Virus record (IMG/VR): IMGVR_UViG_3300042514_001262
Location: 37,888-101,887 of that record
Direction: 5' to 3' (one strand)
Source: a virus
Length of the DNA stretch: 64,000 nt
Positions 43,151 to 53,221 of the stretch are shown here, piece after piece. Position 1 is the stretch's first letter. Every line of letters begins with the position of its first letter. The position numbers were made by a program, and so were the translations under genes. Under the pieces are notes generated by a model. That model did not search any database. It was not told the origin of the DNA and saw nothing but the letters and a program-made list of their open reading frames with translations.

Positions 43151-43853
43151 TTACTGTTAGTTTTTCTCCTGACGGGGCTATAATCATTTTAGTCATATCC
43201 AATCTCGGTTCGTTTTCGTTCATAAAATTTCTAAGATATTTTGAATCTGCAATTGGCATAGATTCAATAAATTTTGAAATCATTCCTTTATCAGTTGAAC
43301 CATCAATTTCAAATATTTCTTTTTGCATTTTCCAAGTAACTTTTGGTACTATTCTACCTTGTGGGTATGTATCCGCCATTCTATTAATTTCCATTAGTTC
43401 ACCATAACTTAATGGTCTAACTTTGATTGTTGATTGACTTTTAGGTAAAGTTACAGTGAATGTCCCATCTTCGTTTGGTTGTTGACCATTTATGATGGTT
43501 AATTGGTCCAACATAACCGTTGTCTGAAATTGTTTTTTTGTTACTGGGTCAGTAACATTTAAATTTAATTCAGGTCCAAATGCAGTATTTCTTAAAAAGA
43601 TTAATATCGCCTCCACATCACCTTCAAGTAAATCTTCAACCCTAACATCAGGCTCATAAATTTTAGCCCTTAACAAATTGATTGTAATGTCTGAGGTTCC
43701 GCCCATCAAAATATTTTCATCGGACGCGGTTAAATAACCTACTTTTATTGATTTTTTTTTGTTTCTGTAAAAAATACCCTGTGAAGGTAATTGTACCACA
43801 TCGTGTGGTAAAGAAAAATTTTGTTGACCGTAGTCGATTGTTTGATTATCCAT
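43110..43853 (-). CDS. Tail/baseplate hub assembly chaperone (T4 gp26-like)
   Basis: VQLPSQGIFY, LTASDENIL, GDVEAILIFLR, LPKS motifs and DFFRP C-terminus; lies between tube and tape measure. Confidence 0.8.
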   Translation of the reverse strand: MDNQTIDYGQQNFSLPHDVVQLPSQGIFYRNKKKSIKVGYLTASDENILMGGTSDITINLLRAKIYEPDVRVEDLLEGDVEAILIFLRNTAFGPELNLNVTDPVTKKQFQTTVMLDQLTIINGQQPNEDGTFTVTLPKSQSTIKVRPLSYGELMEINRMADTYPQGRIVPKVTWKMQKEIFEIDGSTDKGMISKFIESMPIADSKYLRNFMNENEPRLDMTKMIIAPSGEKLTVNVGFGVDFFRPFF

Positions 43854-43856
43854 ATA

Positions 43857-43898
43857 AAAAAATTAACCGTAGAGAGTTTATAGTGTCCCTACGGTTAA
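43857..43898 (-). terminator. Rho-independent terminator after the tail tube gene
   Basis: Minus strand TTAACCGTAGGGA...TCTCTACGGTTAA followed by a T-tract, ending a few nt before the chaperone ATG. Confidence 0.7.
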
Positions 43899-43938
43899 AT
43901 ATAGTTAGTATTGAAAATTCGTAAATAGTATTAAAAAA

Positions 43939-44427
43939 CTAATACACGAGAACACATCTATCCATGCGTAATGTCGCAGAAATTGTCGCTAACGCGTCTC
44001 CATTGTAAGCCAATGAATCAAAGTTAACATCTGTTAAGAATGTTCCATAAAGAATCCATTTCTCAACAACAACACCCGTTGGGTCCAACATTTCAAGGTC
44101 AATGTCTTTTTTGTAACCCGCAGCATAACCCATACGACCTGTAACTGACTCAGCATGTAAACGAACCCATTCCATAAGAGCTTGTGCTGCTGAAGGTCCA
44201 ATTGGGTCACGGAATTTAACTGGAATAGTTTGCCAATTAAATCTACCTGCAACATATGTTGAGGTGTTTAGGAAAGGAATTTCAACAGGGTTAATTGTGA
44301 TGTGTGGTCTAGCCGTTGACTCAACAAACCATTCATTTATACCCAAACTTGATGGAAACCTTAAAATGAATCGGTTCTGACGTTTCGGCTCATAAGGTAT
44401 CGGCATTTTCATTAATAAATCAGCCAT
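43939..44427 (-). CDS. Tail tube protein (T4 gp19-like)
   Basis: EPKRQNRF, AGRFNWQTI, YKKDIDLEMLDPTGVVVEKWIL motifs. Confidence 0.92.
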   Translation of the reverse strand: MADLLMKMPIPYEPKRQNRFILRFPSSLGINEWFVESTARPHITINPVEIPFLNTSTYVAGRFNWQTIPVKFRDPIGPSAAQALMEWVRLHAESVTGRMGYAAGYKKDIDLEMLDPTGVVVEKWILYGTFLTDVNFDSLAYNGDALATISATLRMDRCVLVY

Positions 44428-44528
44428 GTTATTTTAATTTTTTTTTTAAGTTCTTTTTTATTTATATCTATAAATATAGTCTTGTTAAAAAATTTTTCTC
44501 TTTACTTTTTTTTTGATGAGATTATTCT

Positions 44529-45356
44529 TTATTTATATTCCTTTTTAATGCCTCCAGCAGTAGAATAAGTTTTAACTATATTATCTGGTTTATCTTTAAA
44601 ATGTTTACTCATTACTTCTACATTTCTTATATCATCGTCTGAAAATCCTATACTAGGTTCCATTGGTATAAAGTTATTTGAAATGTCATTTTTAATAAAT
44701 GCTTTCTTATTAAGTATACCAGCCATCCCTTTTATATAAGAAACAAAATCTTCCATTGCCCTAACTTTTAATTCTTCAGGGTTGGCAGCATCTCCTTCTC
44801 CAAAAGTAACTGGATGATATTTGTTGAGTTCTAAATATGATTTAATTAAATCGTCGTCACTCATTTCTTCCTCACCGACAAATGTCCTATATTTTTTAAG
44901 GTTCTTAACTAGTTGGTCTTTATCAATACCATTAAAACCACTCACGATATAATTATATACCGCTTGTTTTAATGTTTCAGGATTGTGACCTCTAGCCGTG
45001 ATTATTGAAAAAATTGACCCGTTATTGATTGCTTCTCTGAAATCACCAAATGCTGGACCTTCTTTTGCTCTCATCACATCAATTAAAAAATCTTTATCAC
45101 CTTTGGTTCTAAAATTTCTAAAAGGTTCTTCCCCAAATCCAACTATGGTATCTCCTTTATATTGAAATGGTTTTTTTCCCAAAACATGTCTATATTCCGC
45201 AAAATCATCCGTACTCATACCAACTTCATTACCATCTTCCGTTTTAACCATGATTTTTGTTGGCATATGAACAATATTGTCATCCCAATCAAAGGCATAG
45301 TATTTCATATCTGGAGTACCTTCCTTGTTAAATCCTTCTCTAAGTTGTTTTCTCAT
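44529..45356 (-). CDS. HAD-superfamily phosphatase-like protein
   Basis: Motif I AFDWDDN, motif II ITARGH, motif IV GFSDDD; ATG at 45356 preferred over TTG at 45365. Confidence 0.65.
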   Translation of the reverse strand: MRKQLREGFNKEGTPDMKYYAFDWDDNIVHMPTKIMVKTEDGNEVGMSTDDFAEYRHVLGKKPFQYKGDTIVGFGEEPFRNFRTKGDKDFLIDVMRAKEGPAFGDFREAINNGSIFSIITARGHNPETLKQAVYNYIVSGFNGIDKDQLVKNLKKYRTFVGEEEMSDDDLIKSYLELNKYHPVTFGEGDAANPEELKVRAMEDFVSYIKGMAGILNKKAFIKNDISNNFIPMEPSIGFSDDDIRNVEVMSKHFKDKPDNIVKTYSTAGGIKKEYK

Positions 45357-45365
45357 ATTAGGCAA

Positions 45366-45390
45366 TTAAAGGGGATACCGAAGTATCCCC
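45366..45390 (-). terminator. Terminator with UUCG tetraloop after the sheath gene
   Basis: Minus strand GGGGATAC-TTCG-GTATCCCC-TTT. Confidence 0.85.
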
Positions 45391-45400
45391 ATTAAGTTTA

Positions 45401-48400
45401 TTAAATATTTTCAAACGAAGCTCCTGTTGGAGTGATGAAGAACTCAATATCAATGAATTCTAATGCCTTCGTAGGTTTTAAGTAGATTTTACCTACTAGT
45501 CTGTTAGCATCTAAATCTTCAGGTGTTGAAGACACTGTTACACGGAAATCATAAAGACCTCTATCTCTTCTGATTGAATCCAAGATTGGATTTACACTAT
45601 CCAAGAATTGTTGTCTAACAATTTGGTCATTTTGTTCAAATAACAATCTAACTGCAACTGCTGAAATCAACTTACGAGCTTGAAGTAATAATCTTCTTAC
45701 ATTCAATCTGTTAAGTGCCGTATCAGCAACTTGTAATGTTTTGTTACCCCAAATTACAGTTCCAACATCAGAGAAAGTTGCGATAGGGTTAATTCTACCT
45801 TGATATAATGTATCTCTATCAGTTTGTGTAAGTTTTTGTCTAGCTTTGATTGAGTTTACAAGACCTCTTGTGTAACCCGCTGATGCGAACCATGGGAATG
45901 AAATGTTATCAGTCAACGCTAAGTTTCTACAAACCTCACCAGTTGGTGGTAAGTAAATTTGTGTATTATTAACTGTATCACGAACTAATATCCAAGGATA
46001 ATAAGTTGCGGTATAGTTAGAGTCAATTCCTGTGTTATCAAGATTATCTACCGCTTCTTGAGAGTAGATAATATCTTGAGGATTTGTTGAATCAGGAGTG
46101 TACATGTTGTAGTCAGGGGTTGTTGCGATATAAACCGAGTCTGCTCTTGAATATTGAACCATGTCAATTGCTTCTTCAACAAGATTAGAGTTATTGATAT
46201 AATCAATACTTGAAGTTGCGAATATGTTAATGTTTGTAGATTCAGGATTTGCAAATGTTAAGATACCAAGTAAGTAAGCGTAGTAGTCAGTATTTGCAAA
46301 ATCTTGAGTGTTATTTTGAACAACAATTCTCTTGAATAAACCATCACCTGTAGCTGTTGGGTATCTTGAAGATGCTGATGCACCTGCCAAGTAACCTGAA
46401 GCTCCTAATTGGAATCTGTCTTGGTTAGTTCTCCATTCTCTGTAGATATCCCAACCATCAAAACCACCAGCAAAACATACTGTGTATTTTCTTGAGTATA
46501 TAAAGTAGTAAGGATTTTCTTGAGTTTGAGGGTCATTGGTGAAATCAGCAACACCACATTCAAATGCTGTTTGACCACTTGACATATAAGTGTTAGCAAT
46601 TGTAACAACCGTAGCACCTGAGTCCATGTGGAAACCTTTACTGATAATATTCCAAGGTTGACCTTCAACTAAAGGATTTGAAATCCAGTTTGAAGGATTC
46701 TGTTTTCCTTTATATGTTAAGAAAGATTCGTCAATACCAAATTGAGTTGAAAAACCTAAATAACTTCTTCTAACAATGTCTCCCGCAGATTCAACAGGTG
46801 CTCCACCCGCATTTGCACCAAATGGTGGGTTAGATATAACCTCTCCAGGATAATAGTATTTTGTTTTAAATTTAGGATATGGTGAAGGGTATGTATCAAA
46901 ACTTGAATATTCTCTTTGTGTATAACCATAGAAACCACAAGGTAATGCGTCAATAGGTGCCTCATCAGCCATTTCAATCATAATGTATTTTGAAATTAAA
47001 GCAAATTCACCGTTAGACGAACCAATTTTCTTAGCAACGAAGTTGTTAGATGCTGGGTCCATATTACAGTTTGTAAATTTCTCAATAACAACTGGATTAG
47101 CATCCGTATCAAAGAAATTTCTAACTAAAACATCAAAACTCATGTTGTTATACGATAGATTCGCAATTGAAACTTTAACTTCAGTATTTGCAGCATCTCC
47201 ATCAGAAATTGAAATGAACTTGAATAATTTATAAACTTTATTACCTCTTAATTCTGAAACTAAAAATGGTGTTTCAGGTGATTGGTATCTTTCTAAATTA
47301 TACGCAATAGATGATGAATTTTCACTTCTAGCATCAGGTAATGCAATTAAATCACATGCCAAACCACGAATATATCCTTGATTATAGGCATAATTTAAAG
47401 AACCCTGATAAGCTTCCTCAACATAAATTGGGACTTCAAATCTTGATTTTCCAAAATTATCCACACCTAATACTTTAGTGATATATTTTGAATCCGAAGC
47501 TAACATAGATGCTTCAAATGTGAATGTATTGTTATCTTTAGTTACACCTGATAACAAGAACTGTGAATATGGTGAACTTGTGATTTCTGAATATTGTCCT
47601 GTACAAATTAATTGAAGGTTGTTTGGTACCCAAGTGTTATTATTATCGTAATCAATACCAACTTCATAAACGGGTCCATGGGAAATACTTGAACTATTGT
47701 TTTCATAGTTTGAAATACCTCTTGAACGAAGAGTTGCAATCACCATGTTGTTAAACTCTGTATAAGGAGTACCTGTAAATGTATATGAATTACCTACAAC
47801 AGTACCTGTGAAAGCTCCACTAGCACCTGAGATTAAATTTGAAACTGAGTAATAGAATGAATACCCTGTGTAGTTGTTAGTTAATGAATCTCCGTTTTGG
47901 AAATTAAAGTCAGCATAATACCAAGAATCATTATTACTTGCAGTTAAATCATTTTGTGCGAAATTATTTTCACAATCAAAAGGGTTTATAATTGTTGAAT
48001 ATTGACCAGTTACTGAAAAATATGCTGATTCAGGAATTGCACCATATATTACAGCGGTTGTTGCTGATGTTGATGGTGTGTCCATGACAGCATCCAAATA
48101 GGTGTTAAAATCTGTTTGTAATGAAGATGTACTTCCATCTTGTAATTTGTATTGAACTGAAAAGTTTGCAATAACCTGTGCAGGTAACGAACCTGAAATA
48201 AAGTTCACAGTATTTCCTGTTGAGTTCCCTGTGAATGTTGCAGTAAATGATGTTCCAGTAGATGGGTCACCAATAGTTGTTGGGTCTACATTTGCTGTAA
48301 CTGCAAGAGACCATGATGGACCTGCATCGTAACCCGATAAACCTAAAACTCTTGTAACAAACAATTGGTTTGATTGTTGTAAATATGATTTAGCGATATA

Positions 48401-48643
48401 TGCCGCCTCATACTTTGGTATTTGAGTGTTATAAAACTTAACGGGCTCAGTTCCCCCGAAATAAGCTTGAAACTCATCGTAGTTAGTTATGAATACTGGT
48501 TCAAATGCTGGACCTTTGATAGTTTCTCCAACAAGACCTAAAGTCGTTACACCCACACTTTGGGCTACGAAAGATAAGTCGGTTTCAGATGTGTACACCC
48601 CTGGTGATACATATACTTTTTGATTTGCTTGTGCTGTTGCCAT
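45401..48643 (-). CDS. Contractile tail sheath protein (T4 gp18-like)
   Basis: SPGVYTSETDLS, PWFASAGYTRG, RINPI, WGNKTL, RLNVRRLL, KPTKALEFI motifs. Confidence 0.96.
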   Translation of the reverse strand: MATAQANQKVYVSPGVYTSETDLSFVAQSVGVTTLGLVGETIKGPAFEPVFITNYDEFQAYFGGTEPVKFYNTQIPKYEAAYIAKSYLQQSNQLFVTRVLGLSGYDAGPSWSLAVTANVDPTTIGDPSTGTSFTATFTGNSTGNTVNFISGSLPAQVIANFSVQYKLQDGSTSSLQTDFNTYLDAVMDTPSTSATTAVIYGAIPESAYFSVTGQYSTIINPFDCENNFAQNDLTASNNDSWYYADFNFQNGDSLTNNYTGYSFYYSVSNLISGASGAFTGTVVGNSYTFTGTPYTEFNNMVIATLRSRGISNYENNSSSISHGPVYEVGIDYDNNNTWVPNNLQLICTGQYSEITSSPYSQFLLSGVTKDNNTFTFEASMLASDSKYITKVLGVDNFGKSRFEVPIYVEEAYQGSLNYAYNQGYIRGLACDLIALPDARSENSSSIAYNLERYQSPETPFLVSELRGNKVYKLFKFISISDGDAANTEVKVSIANLSYNNMSFDVLVRNFFDTDANPVVIEKFTNCNMDPASNNFVAKKIGSSNGEFALISKYIMIEMADEAPIDALPCGFYGYTQREYSSFDTYPSPYPKFKTKYYYPGEVISNPPFGANAGGAPVESAGDIVRRSYLGFSTQFGIDESFLTYKGKQNPSNWISNPLVEGQPWNIISKGFHMDSGATVVTIANTYMSSGQTAFECGVADFTNDPQTQENPYYFIYSRKYTVCFAGGFDGWDIYREWRTNQDRFQLGASGYLAGASASSRYPTATGDGLFKRIVVQNNTQDFANTDYYAYLLGILTFANPESTNINIFATSSIDYINNSNLVEEAIDMVQYSRADSVYIATTPDYNMYTPDSTNPQDIIYSQEAVDNLDNTGIDSNYTATYYPWILVRDTVNNTQIYLPPTGEVCRNLALTDNISFPWFASAGYTRGLVNSIKARQKLTQTDRDTLYQGRINPIATFSDVGTVIWGNKTLQVADTALNRLNVRRLLLQARKLISAVAVRLLFEQNDQIVRQQFLDSVNPILDSIRRDRGLYDFRVTVSSTPEDLDANRLVGKIYLKPTKALEFIDIEFFITPTGASFENI

Positions 48644-48763
48644 TATTAAATTGTTCTGTTACAGATTTATTTTATTGATAAATATTCAATATTATATGAA
48701 AAAACTTTACTTTTGGATAAGTATTTATAATCGGTAGGAAATAATTCTACCTTTTTTCATACC

Positions 48764-48925
48764 ATGAAAACAAAGAAAGAAATTAAAAATATAAAAATAT
48801 CCCCTGAATCACATGAAATACTAAAAAAGTACTGTGATAAGAGGGGAATTAAGATTTATAAGTTTTTGGAAAATTTAATTATAGAAAAGTGTAAAGAGAA
48901 GAAAGATATCTACGGAGAAGATTAA
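48764..48925 (+). CDS. Ribbon-helix-helix DNA-binding protein (53 aa), divergent from sheath
   Basis: Missed by the ORF track: MKTKKEIKNIKISPESHEILKKYCDKRGIKIYKFLENLIIEKCKEKKDIYGED*; beta-strand-helix-G-helix pattern. Confidence 0.7.
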   Translation: MKTKKEIKNIKISPESHEILKKYCDKRGIKIYKFLENLIIEKCKEKKDIYGED

Positions 48926-49965
48926 ACTAACTTACTATCAAATGCAATTTTTGATTCTTTTGTATTATCTGTTTTTGTTACTTCAATTCTCAAAACATCG
49001 TTTGTTGTAATCTGAATTAATGCAACATCACTACCATAGAAATCATCATTAATGTAGACATCATAACTATTAACATTATCGGAACCTAACCAAGACATGT
49101 TTGCAGTAAAATCTATTCGGTCAACTAATGTTGTGTTTCCCGAAACAAATAAAAAATCACTTTGAAATTCATTTGGATTTTCAGGATATTTTTTTCTTTT
49201 TTGTTTTCTTGTTGATGTATCTAACTCAAATAATTGTGTAATTCTTTGAATTGCGGGTTTAACTTCAAACTCATCTTCATCTATTAGATAACCCAACATT
49301 GTGAAATCATAATTTTGAATATAATACTTTCTAGCATCAATAGTCATTTGAGATTCATCCGAAACATTATCCATAATAATTGGAACATACTGCCCTTTAA
49401 TAAAAGTATATGCTTGTCTTGAAGCGAATGTTTGCATAACCACTTTATTAAGTTGGTTAAGTTCTCTCATTCTATTACATATAATTTTAACACTATATTT
49501 GATATCTACAGGAACAGGTTGTGGAATTGTGTAAATGTCCATACCCTGTTCATTTCCATTCCATGTTGGAACCGATGCATAATAAAATTGTTTTCTGTTA
49601 GGAATTGTATACTGAAGTGATGGATTTGTACCATACTTAACTTCAGGATTTCTAACTACCGTAATGAATGGTGGCGAGGGGTTATAATCTAAATCAACAA
49701 ACTTCCAAGTTTCTAAATATTGTGACCAGTTTTGTGTTGTAATAATAATATCCAACATTGGTACTATTTTACCTGCAGTAACAACCTCTAATTCGGTCTT
49801 AACAAAATCCAACATACCCCTATCCAAATCAGCATGTAATACTGATTTAGGTAGATAAGTTCCATCTTCTTTAATATACTCTAATAGTTGTTCTCTACGA
49901 GCAGATAGTTCTTTTTTTGGAACTAACGGCAATGTTGGTTTAACTATATTTCTTGGTAATGGCAT
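48922..49965 (-). CDS. Tail terminator / sheath stabiliser (T4 gp15-like)
   Basis: IPQPVPVDIKYSVKII...ELNQLNKVV motif; located upstream of the sheath gene. Confidence 0.65.
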   Translation of the reverse strand: MPLPRNIVKPTLPLVPKKELSARREQLLEYIKEDGTYLPKSVLHADLDRGMLDFVKTELEVVTAGKIVPMLDIIITTQNWSQYLETWKFVDLDYNPSPPFITVVRNPEVKYGTNPSLQYTIPNRKQFYYASVPTWNGNEQGMDIYTIPQPVPVDIKYSVKIICNRMRELNQLNKVVMQTFASRQAYTFIKGQYVPIIMDNVSDESQMTIDARKYYIQNYDFTMLGYLIDEDEFEVKPAIQRITQLFELDTSTRKQKRKKYPENPNEFQSDFLFVSGNTTLVDRIDFTANMSWLGSDNVNSYDVYINDDFYGSDVALIQITTNDVLRIEVTKTDNTKESKIAFDSKLV

Positions 49966-49966
49966 T

Positions 49967-50380
49967 TTATTCTTTTACAACAAATAGTTTATTTTGTGAG
50001 TTTATCATGTCAACTTCACTTGCATGATAAACAGGTTCTTCGGTATTTTTAAATACAAACGAGTCGTATTTGTATGGGTCATATGTAATAACATTATTTG
50101 ATAATGATGTTGGGATGTTTTTACAAGGGTATTCAAAGTATTCTAATAATTCTCCAATAACAAAGGCGTGAACATTCTTTCTTTTTTCACTACGGACTTT
50201 TTCTTTTCCACCTTGTCTAACTCTAAATTCTACATCTTTTAATTTAACATAATCGGCATACATAATAACCTTACCGTTATGAGTAACAGAGAAGGTATGT
50301 TTTTTTAAGTTATAATATACCATAACTTTCTTACCGATAAATAAAGAATCAAATTGTGATTCTGTTACAACAACTTTCAT
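49967..50380 (-). CDS. Hypothetical phage protein with MKVVVTE leader
   Basis: Likely start at ATG 50380; VYYNLKK..FSV, RKNVHAFVIG, ITYDPYK motifs. Confidence 0.65.
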   Translation of the reverse strand: MKVVVTESQFDSLFIGKKVMVYYNLKKHTFSVTHNGKVIMYADYVKLKDVEFRVRQGGKEKVRSEKRKNVHAFVIGELLEYFEYPCKNIPTSLSNNVITYDPYKYDSFVFKNTEEPVYHASEVDMINSQNKLFVVKE

Positions 50381-50381
50381 A

Positions 50382-50894
50382 TTAAATTCCTCTAAATTCA
50401 TTTTCACTTACATATGTGGCAACAATTGTTCTATAGAACGGTTTGTAACCACCATAAGTATGTTTATTATCTGATTTTACATATCCATCATCAGCAACTG
50501 AATAATACCTTACCCTACTTTCAGTTTCATAATATCCTAAATAATCCCCTTGAAAAATTTCAACACCCAAATCATCAAGTTGTTTTTGATATATTGAAAA
50601 TTTCATATTTCCAGGTTCCTGTTGTTCAACTTTTGAATTACCTAAAAATTTATGTGATGGTGCAAGAACTTGAACAAGACCTTTTAATTCAATAGGTGCC
50701 AAGAATTGTACACCATCTTCTAAAACCTCACCATAAACTGCATCTGTTTTTGTCTTATATCTGTCAATACGATATAAAATAACGGTAAAGTTCATATCGC
50801 CTTCTAGCCACTCTTGACCCATACTGGTATCTAAAGTATAATCCTCCCCACCAAAAAATTTGCCTAATCTTGTTATTGGAACTAATTTTTGCAT
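50382..50894 (-). CDS. Head closure / neck protein (T4 gp14-like)
   Basis: Likely start MQKLVPITRL at 50894; T.TDAVYGE and L.DLGVEI..GD motifs. Confidence 0.65.
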   Translation of the reverse strand: MQKLVPITRLGKFFGGEDYTLDTSMGQEWLEGDMNFTVILYRIDRYKTKTDAVYGEVLEDGVQFLAPIELKGLVQVLAPSHKFLGNSKVEQQEPGNMKFSIYQKQLDDLGVEIFQGDYLGYYETESRVRYYSVADDGYVKSDNKHTYGGYKPFYRTIVATYVSENEFRGI

Positions 50895-50895
50895 A

Positions 50896-51219
50896 TTATT
50901 TTTCTTTTTGTTTATTGTGGTATGATTCAGATGATACACCCGATGAATTGATTATTATGTCTGTATTAAAATAATTTTTAATTGATTTTTTTATCTCATT
51001 ATTCCACCCCATTCTAATATCGTTGAAAGAGCGAGGAGATTTACCCATATTTAATAATGGGCTATCATCAGGAACAATATATGTTATTTCCATATAAAAC
51101 TCATCATCTCTAATACCCAACGGAACCAAACGAAACTCAATATCCAATACCCCATTAGGTTTAATCACATTAATCATTTTTTTAATTAATTTGGTTAATT
51201 TATCTTCAGACATTTTCAT
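50896..51219 (-). CDS. Small hypothetical protein (MKMSE leader)
   Basis: 107 aa; TATTTAT 6 nt upstream; ends IKNYFN similar to ISDYFG of the 57122-57442 protein. Confidence 0.65.
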   Translation of the reverse strand: MKMSEDKLTKLIKKMINVIKPNGVLDIEFRLVPLGIRDDEFYMEITYIVPDDSPLLNMGKSPRSFNDIRMGWNNEIKKSIKNYFNTDIIINSSGVSSESYHNKQKEK

Positions 51220-51275
51220 ATGTTGATAAATACTTTATTTTTACTTATATTTAAAGCAAACTTTTATTTAAAAGA

Positions 51276-53027
51276 ATGGAAATAAGTTTGGAGTCAAAAG
51301 CGATGGCGATTCTTGAAACATATGAAGGTGGTAATAACTACCTTTTGGAACTGAAACGGAAATCACAGATTAACAAGAAGTTCTACCCAACAAGAAGCCA
51401 ATCGGAGTATATTTTATCATTCCACGACAAGCAACCAAAGGTTGCAAAGAAGTGGGTGATTCTTGATGCCTACTTTGCTCAAAAGTTAGCAGACGATAAA
51501 TTATATACAGAAATCCCACAAAAAATATGGGTTGAGAAGCTATTAGCCGATAAAGAAAAGGCATACCACATTTGGGGTAAAGTTTTTGAAAAAGAAGAAT
51601 TACACGATTTTTGGTTACCAAAAGCCGCTATTATTAAAGATAATTCAGTTAAAGATGTTGTTATTGATTATTCCAAATATTCTCACCGTCCACCACTTGA
51701 ACACCAAAAAGAAGCAATCCAAAAATTAGTTGAGAATAAAAAGTTTATATTATCAGACGATATGGGACTTGGCAAAACTACGTCCGCTATTATTGCGTCA
51801 TTAGAATCGGGTTCAAAAAAAGTTTTAATTATTTGTCCAGCAACTTTAAAAATTAACTGGAAAAGAGAGATTGAAAATTATTCAGATAAACCAATTTATA
51901 TTGCTGAAGGAAAAAACTTTAATACGGATTCCGATTTTGTTATCATCAACTACGATATCATTAAAAATTTCCATGACCCAAAGAAAAAGGACGATTCTCA
52001 GATATTAAAATCAAAATTTGATTTAATTATAATAGACGAATGCCATATGGCAAAAAATCCTCAGGCTCAGAGGACAAAACTAATTAATGATATTGCAAAA
52101 ACATCGGAAAGATTATGGTTATTAAGTGGAACTCCAATGACCTCAAGACCAATGGATTATTTCAATCTATTAAGTTTGGTTGATTCTCCTGTAAGTAAAA
52201 ATTGGATGGCTTATGCCATTAGATATTGTGCTGGATATCAATTTAATGTTGGTGGAAAAAAAGTTTGGAATGTAACGGGAGCATCAAACCTTGAAGAATT
52301 AAGAGACAGAACTTCAGGGACAATTTTAAGAAGGTTAAAAGAAAATGTTCTTGATTTACCTGACAAGATTATTACCCCCGTGTATTTGAAATTAAAATCA
52401 AAACAATATGAAGAGGTTATGGGTGAATATTATGATTGGTATGATAAAAACCCTGAGGAGTCAAAATCACTTACCGTTCAGTTCACCAAACTGACAAAAG
52501 TTAGACAAATTATTGCCGACGAAAAAATTAAAGAGACAATTGAACTTGCGGAAAACATTTTGGAACAAGACAAAAAAGTTATCATATTTTGCAACTTTAC
52601 TGATTCACTAAATAAAATAACCGAACATTTTGGAAAGTCGGCGGTTAAATTAGATGGGTCAATGTCTCAACATGAGAGACAATATAGTGTTGACCAATTC
52701 CAAGAAAACCCAAAAGTTAAAGTTTTTGTTGGTAATATAAGGGCGGCAGGAACGGGTATTACTTTGACGGCAGGAGAAGCAGCAATATTCAATGACCTAT
52801 CATTCCTTCCGTCAGACCACGCCCAAGCGGAGGATAGAAGTTATCGTTATGGTCAAAAAAACAATGTTTTGGTTTATTATCCAATATATCAAAATACAAT
52901 TGAAAGTGTTATTTACGATATTGTTAATAACAAGAAAAAAGTTATTGCAACCGTAATGGGTGATGATAAAAACCCCGCCGATACCGCAGAAGAAATTCTA
53001 AAAAGAATTAATGATTTAAGAAAATAA
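51276..53027 (+). CDS. SNF2-family (SMARCAL1/HARP-like) helicase
   Basis: DDMGLGKT, DECH, LSGTP, ILRRLK, GTGITLT, QAEDRSYRYGQ motifs. Confidence 0.93.
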   Translation: MEISLESKAMAILETYEGGNNYLLELKRKSQINKKFYPTRSQSEYILSFHDKQPKVAKKWVILDAYFAQKLADDKLYTEIPQKIWVEKLLADKEKAYHIWGKVFEKEELHDFWLPKAAIIKDNSVKDVVIDYSKYSHRPPLEHQKEAIQKLVENKKFILSDDMGLGKTTSAIIASLESGSKKVLIICPATLKINWKREIENYSDKPIYIAEGKNFNTDSDFVIINYDIIKNFHDPKKKDDSQILKSKFDLIIIDECHMAKNPQAQRTKLINDIAKTSERLWLLSGTPMTSRPMDYFNLLSLVDSPVSKNWMAYAIRYCAGYQFNVGGKKVWNVTGASNLEELRDRTSGTILRRLKENVLDLPDKIITPVYLKLKSKQYEEVMGEYYDWYDKNPEESKSLTVQFTKLTKVRQIIADEKIKETIELAENILEQDKKVIIFCNFTDSLNKITEHFGKSAVKLDGSMSQHERQYSVDQFQENPKVKVFVGNIRAAGTGITLTAGEAAIFNDLSFLPSDHAQAEDRSYRYGQKNNVLVYYPIYQNTIESVIYDIVNNKKKVIATVMGDDKNPADTAEEILKRINDLRK

Positions 53028-53065
53028 AAGTTTAACTTTTACTATATTAGCAGATATTTATAATT

Positions 53066-53221
53066 ATGGGAAGACCACTAAAAAAAGAAGAAGAAAAAAA
53101 AATTAAAATTGGTATTAGTTTAGATAGAAAACTATATAATACAATAATGAAAGATGGTGGCAAAGTTTCTCGTATAATTGAAAAAATAATTAAAGAGCAT
53201 TGTGGAAACAAAAATTTGTAG
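53066..53221 (+). CDS. Ribbon-helix-helix-like protein (51 aa), cassette copy 1
   Basis: Missed by the ORF track: MGRPLKKEEEKKIKIGISLDRKLYNTIMKDGGKVSRIIEKIIKEHCGNKNL*; paralog at 60755. Confidence 0.75.
   Translation: MGRPLKKEEEKKIKIGISLDRKLYNTIMKDGGKVSRIIEKIIKEHCGNKNL

Noticed and set aside
17762-48643. Bacterial contractile injection system or prophage
   Set aside because: Neck proteins and a full phage replication set are present, with no host housekeeping genes, integrase or att site in view.
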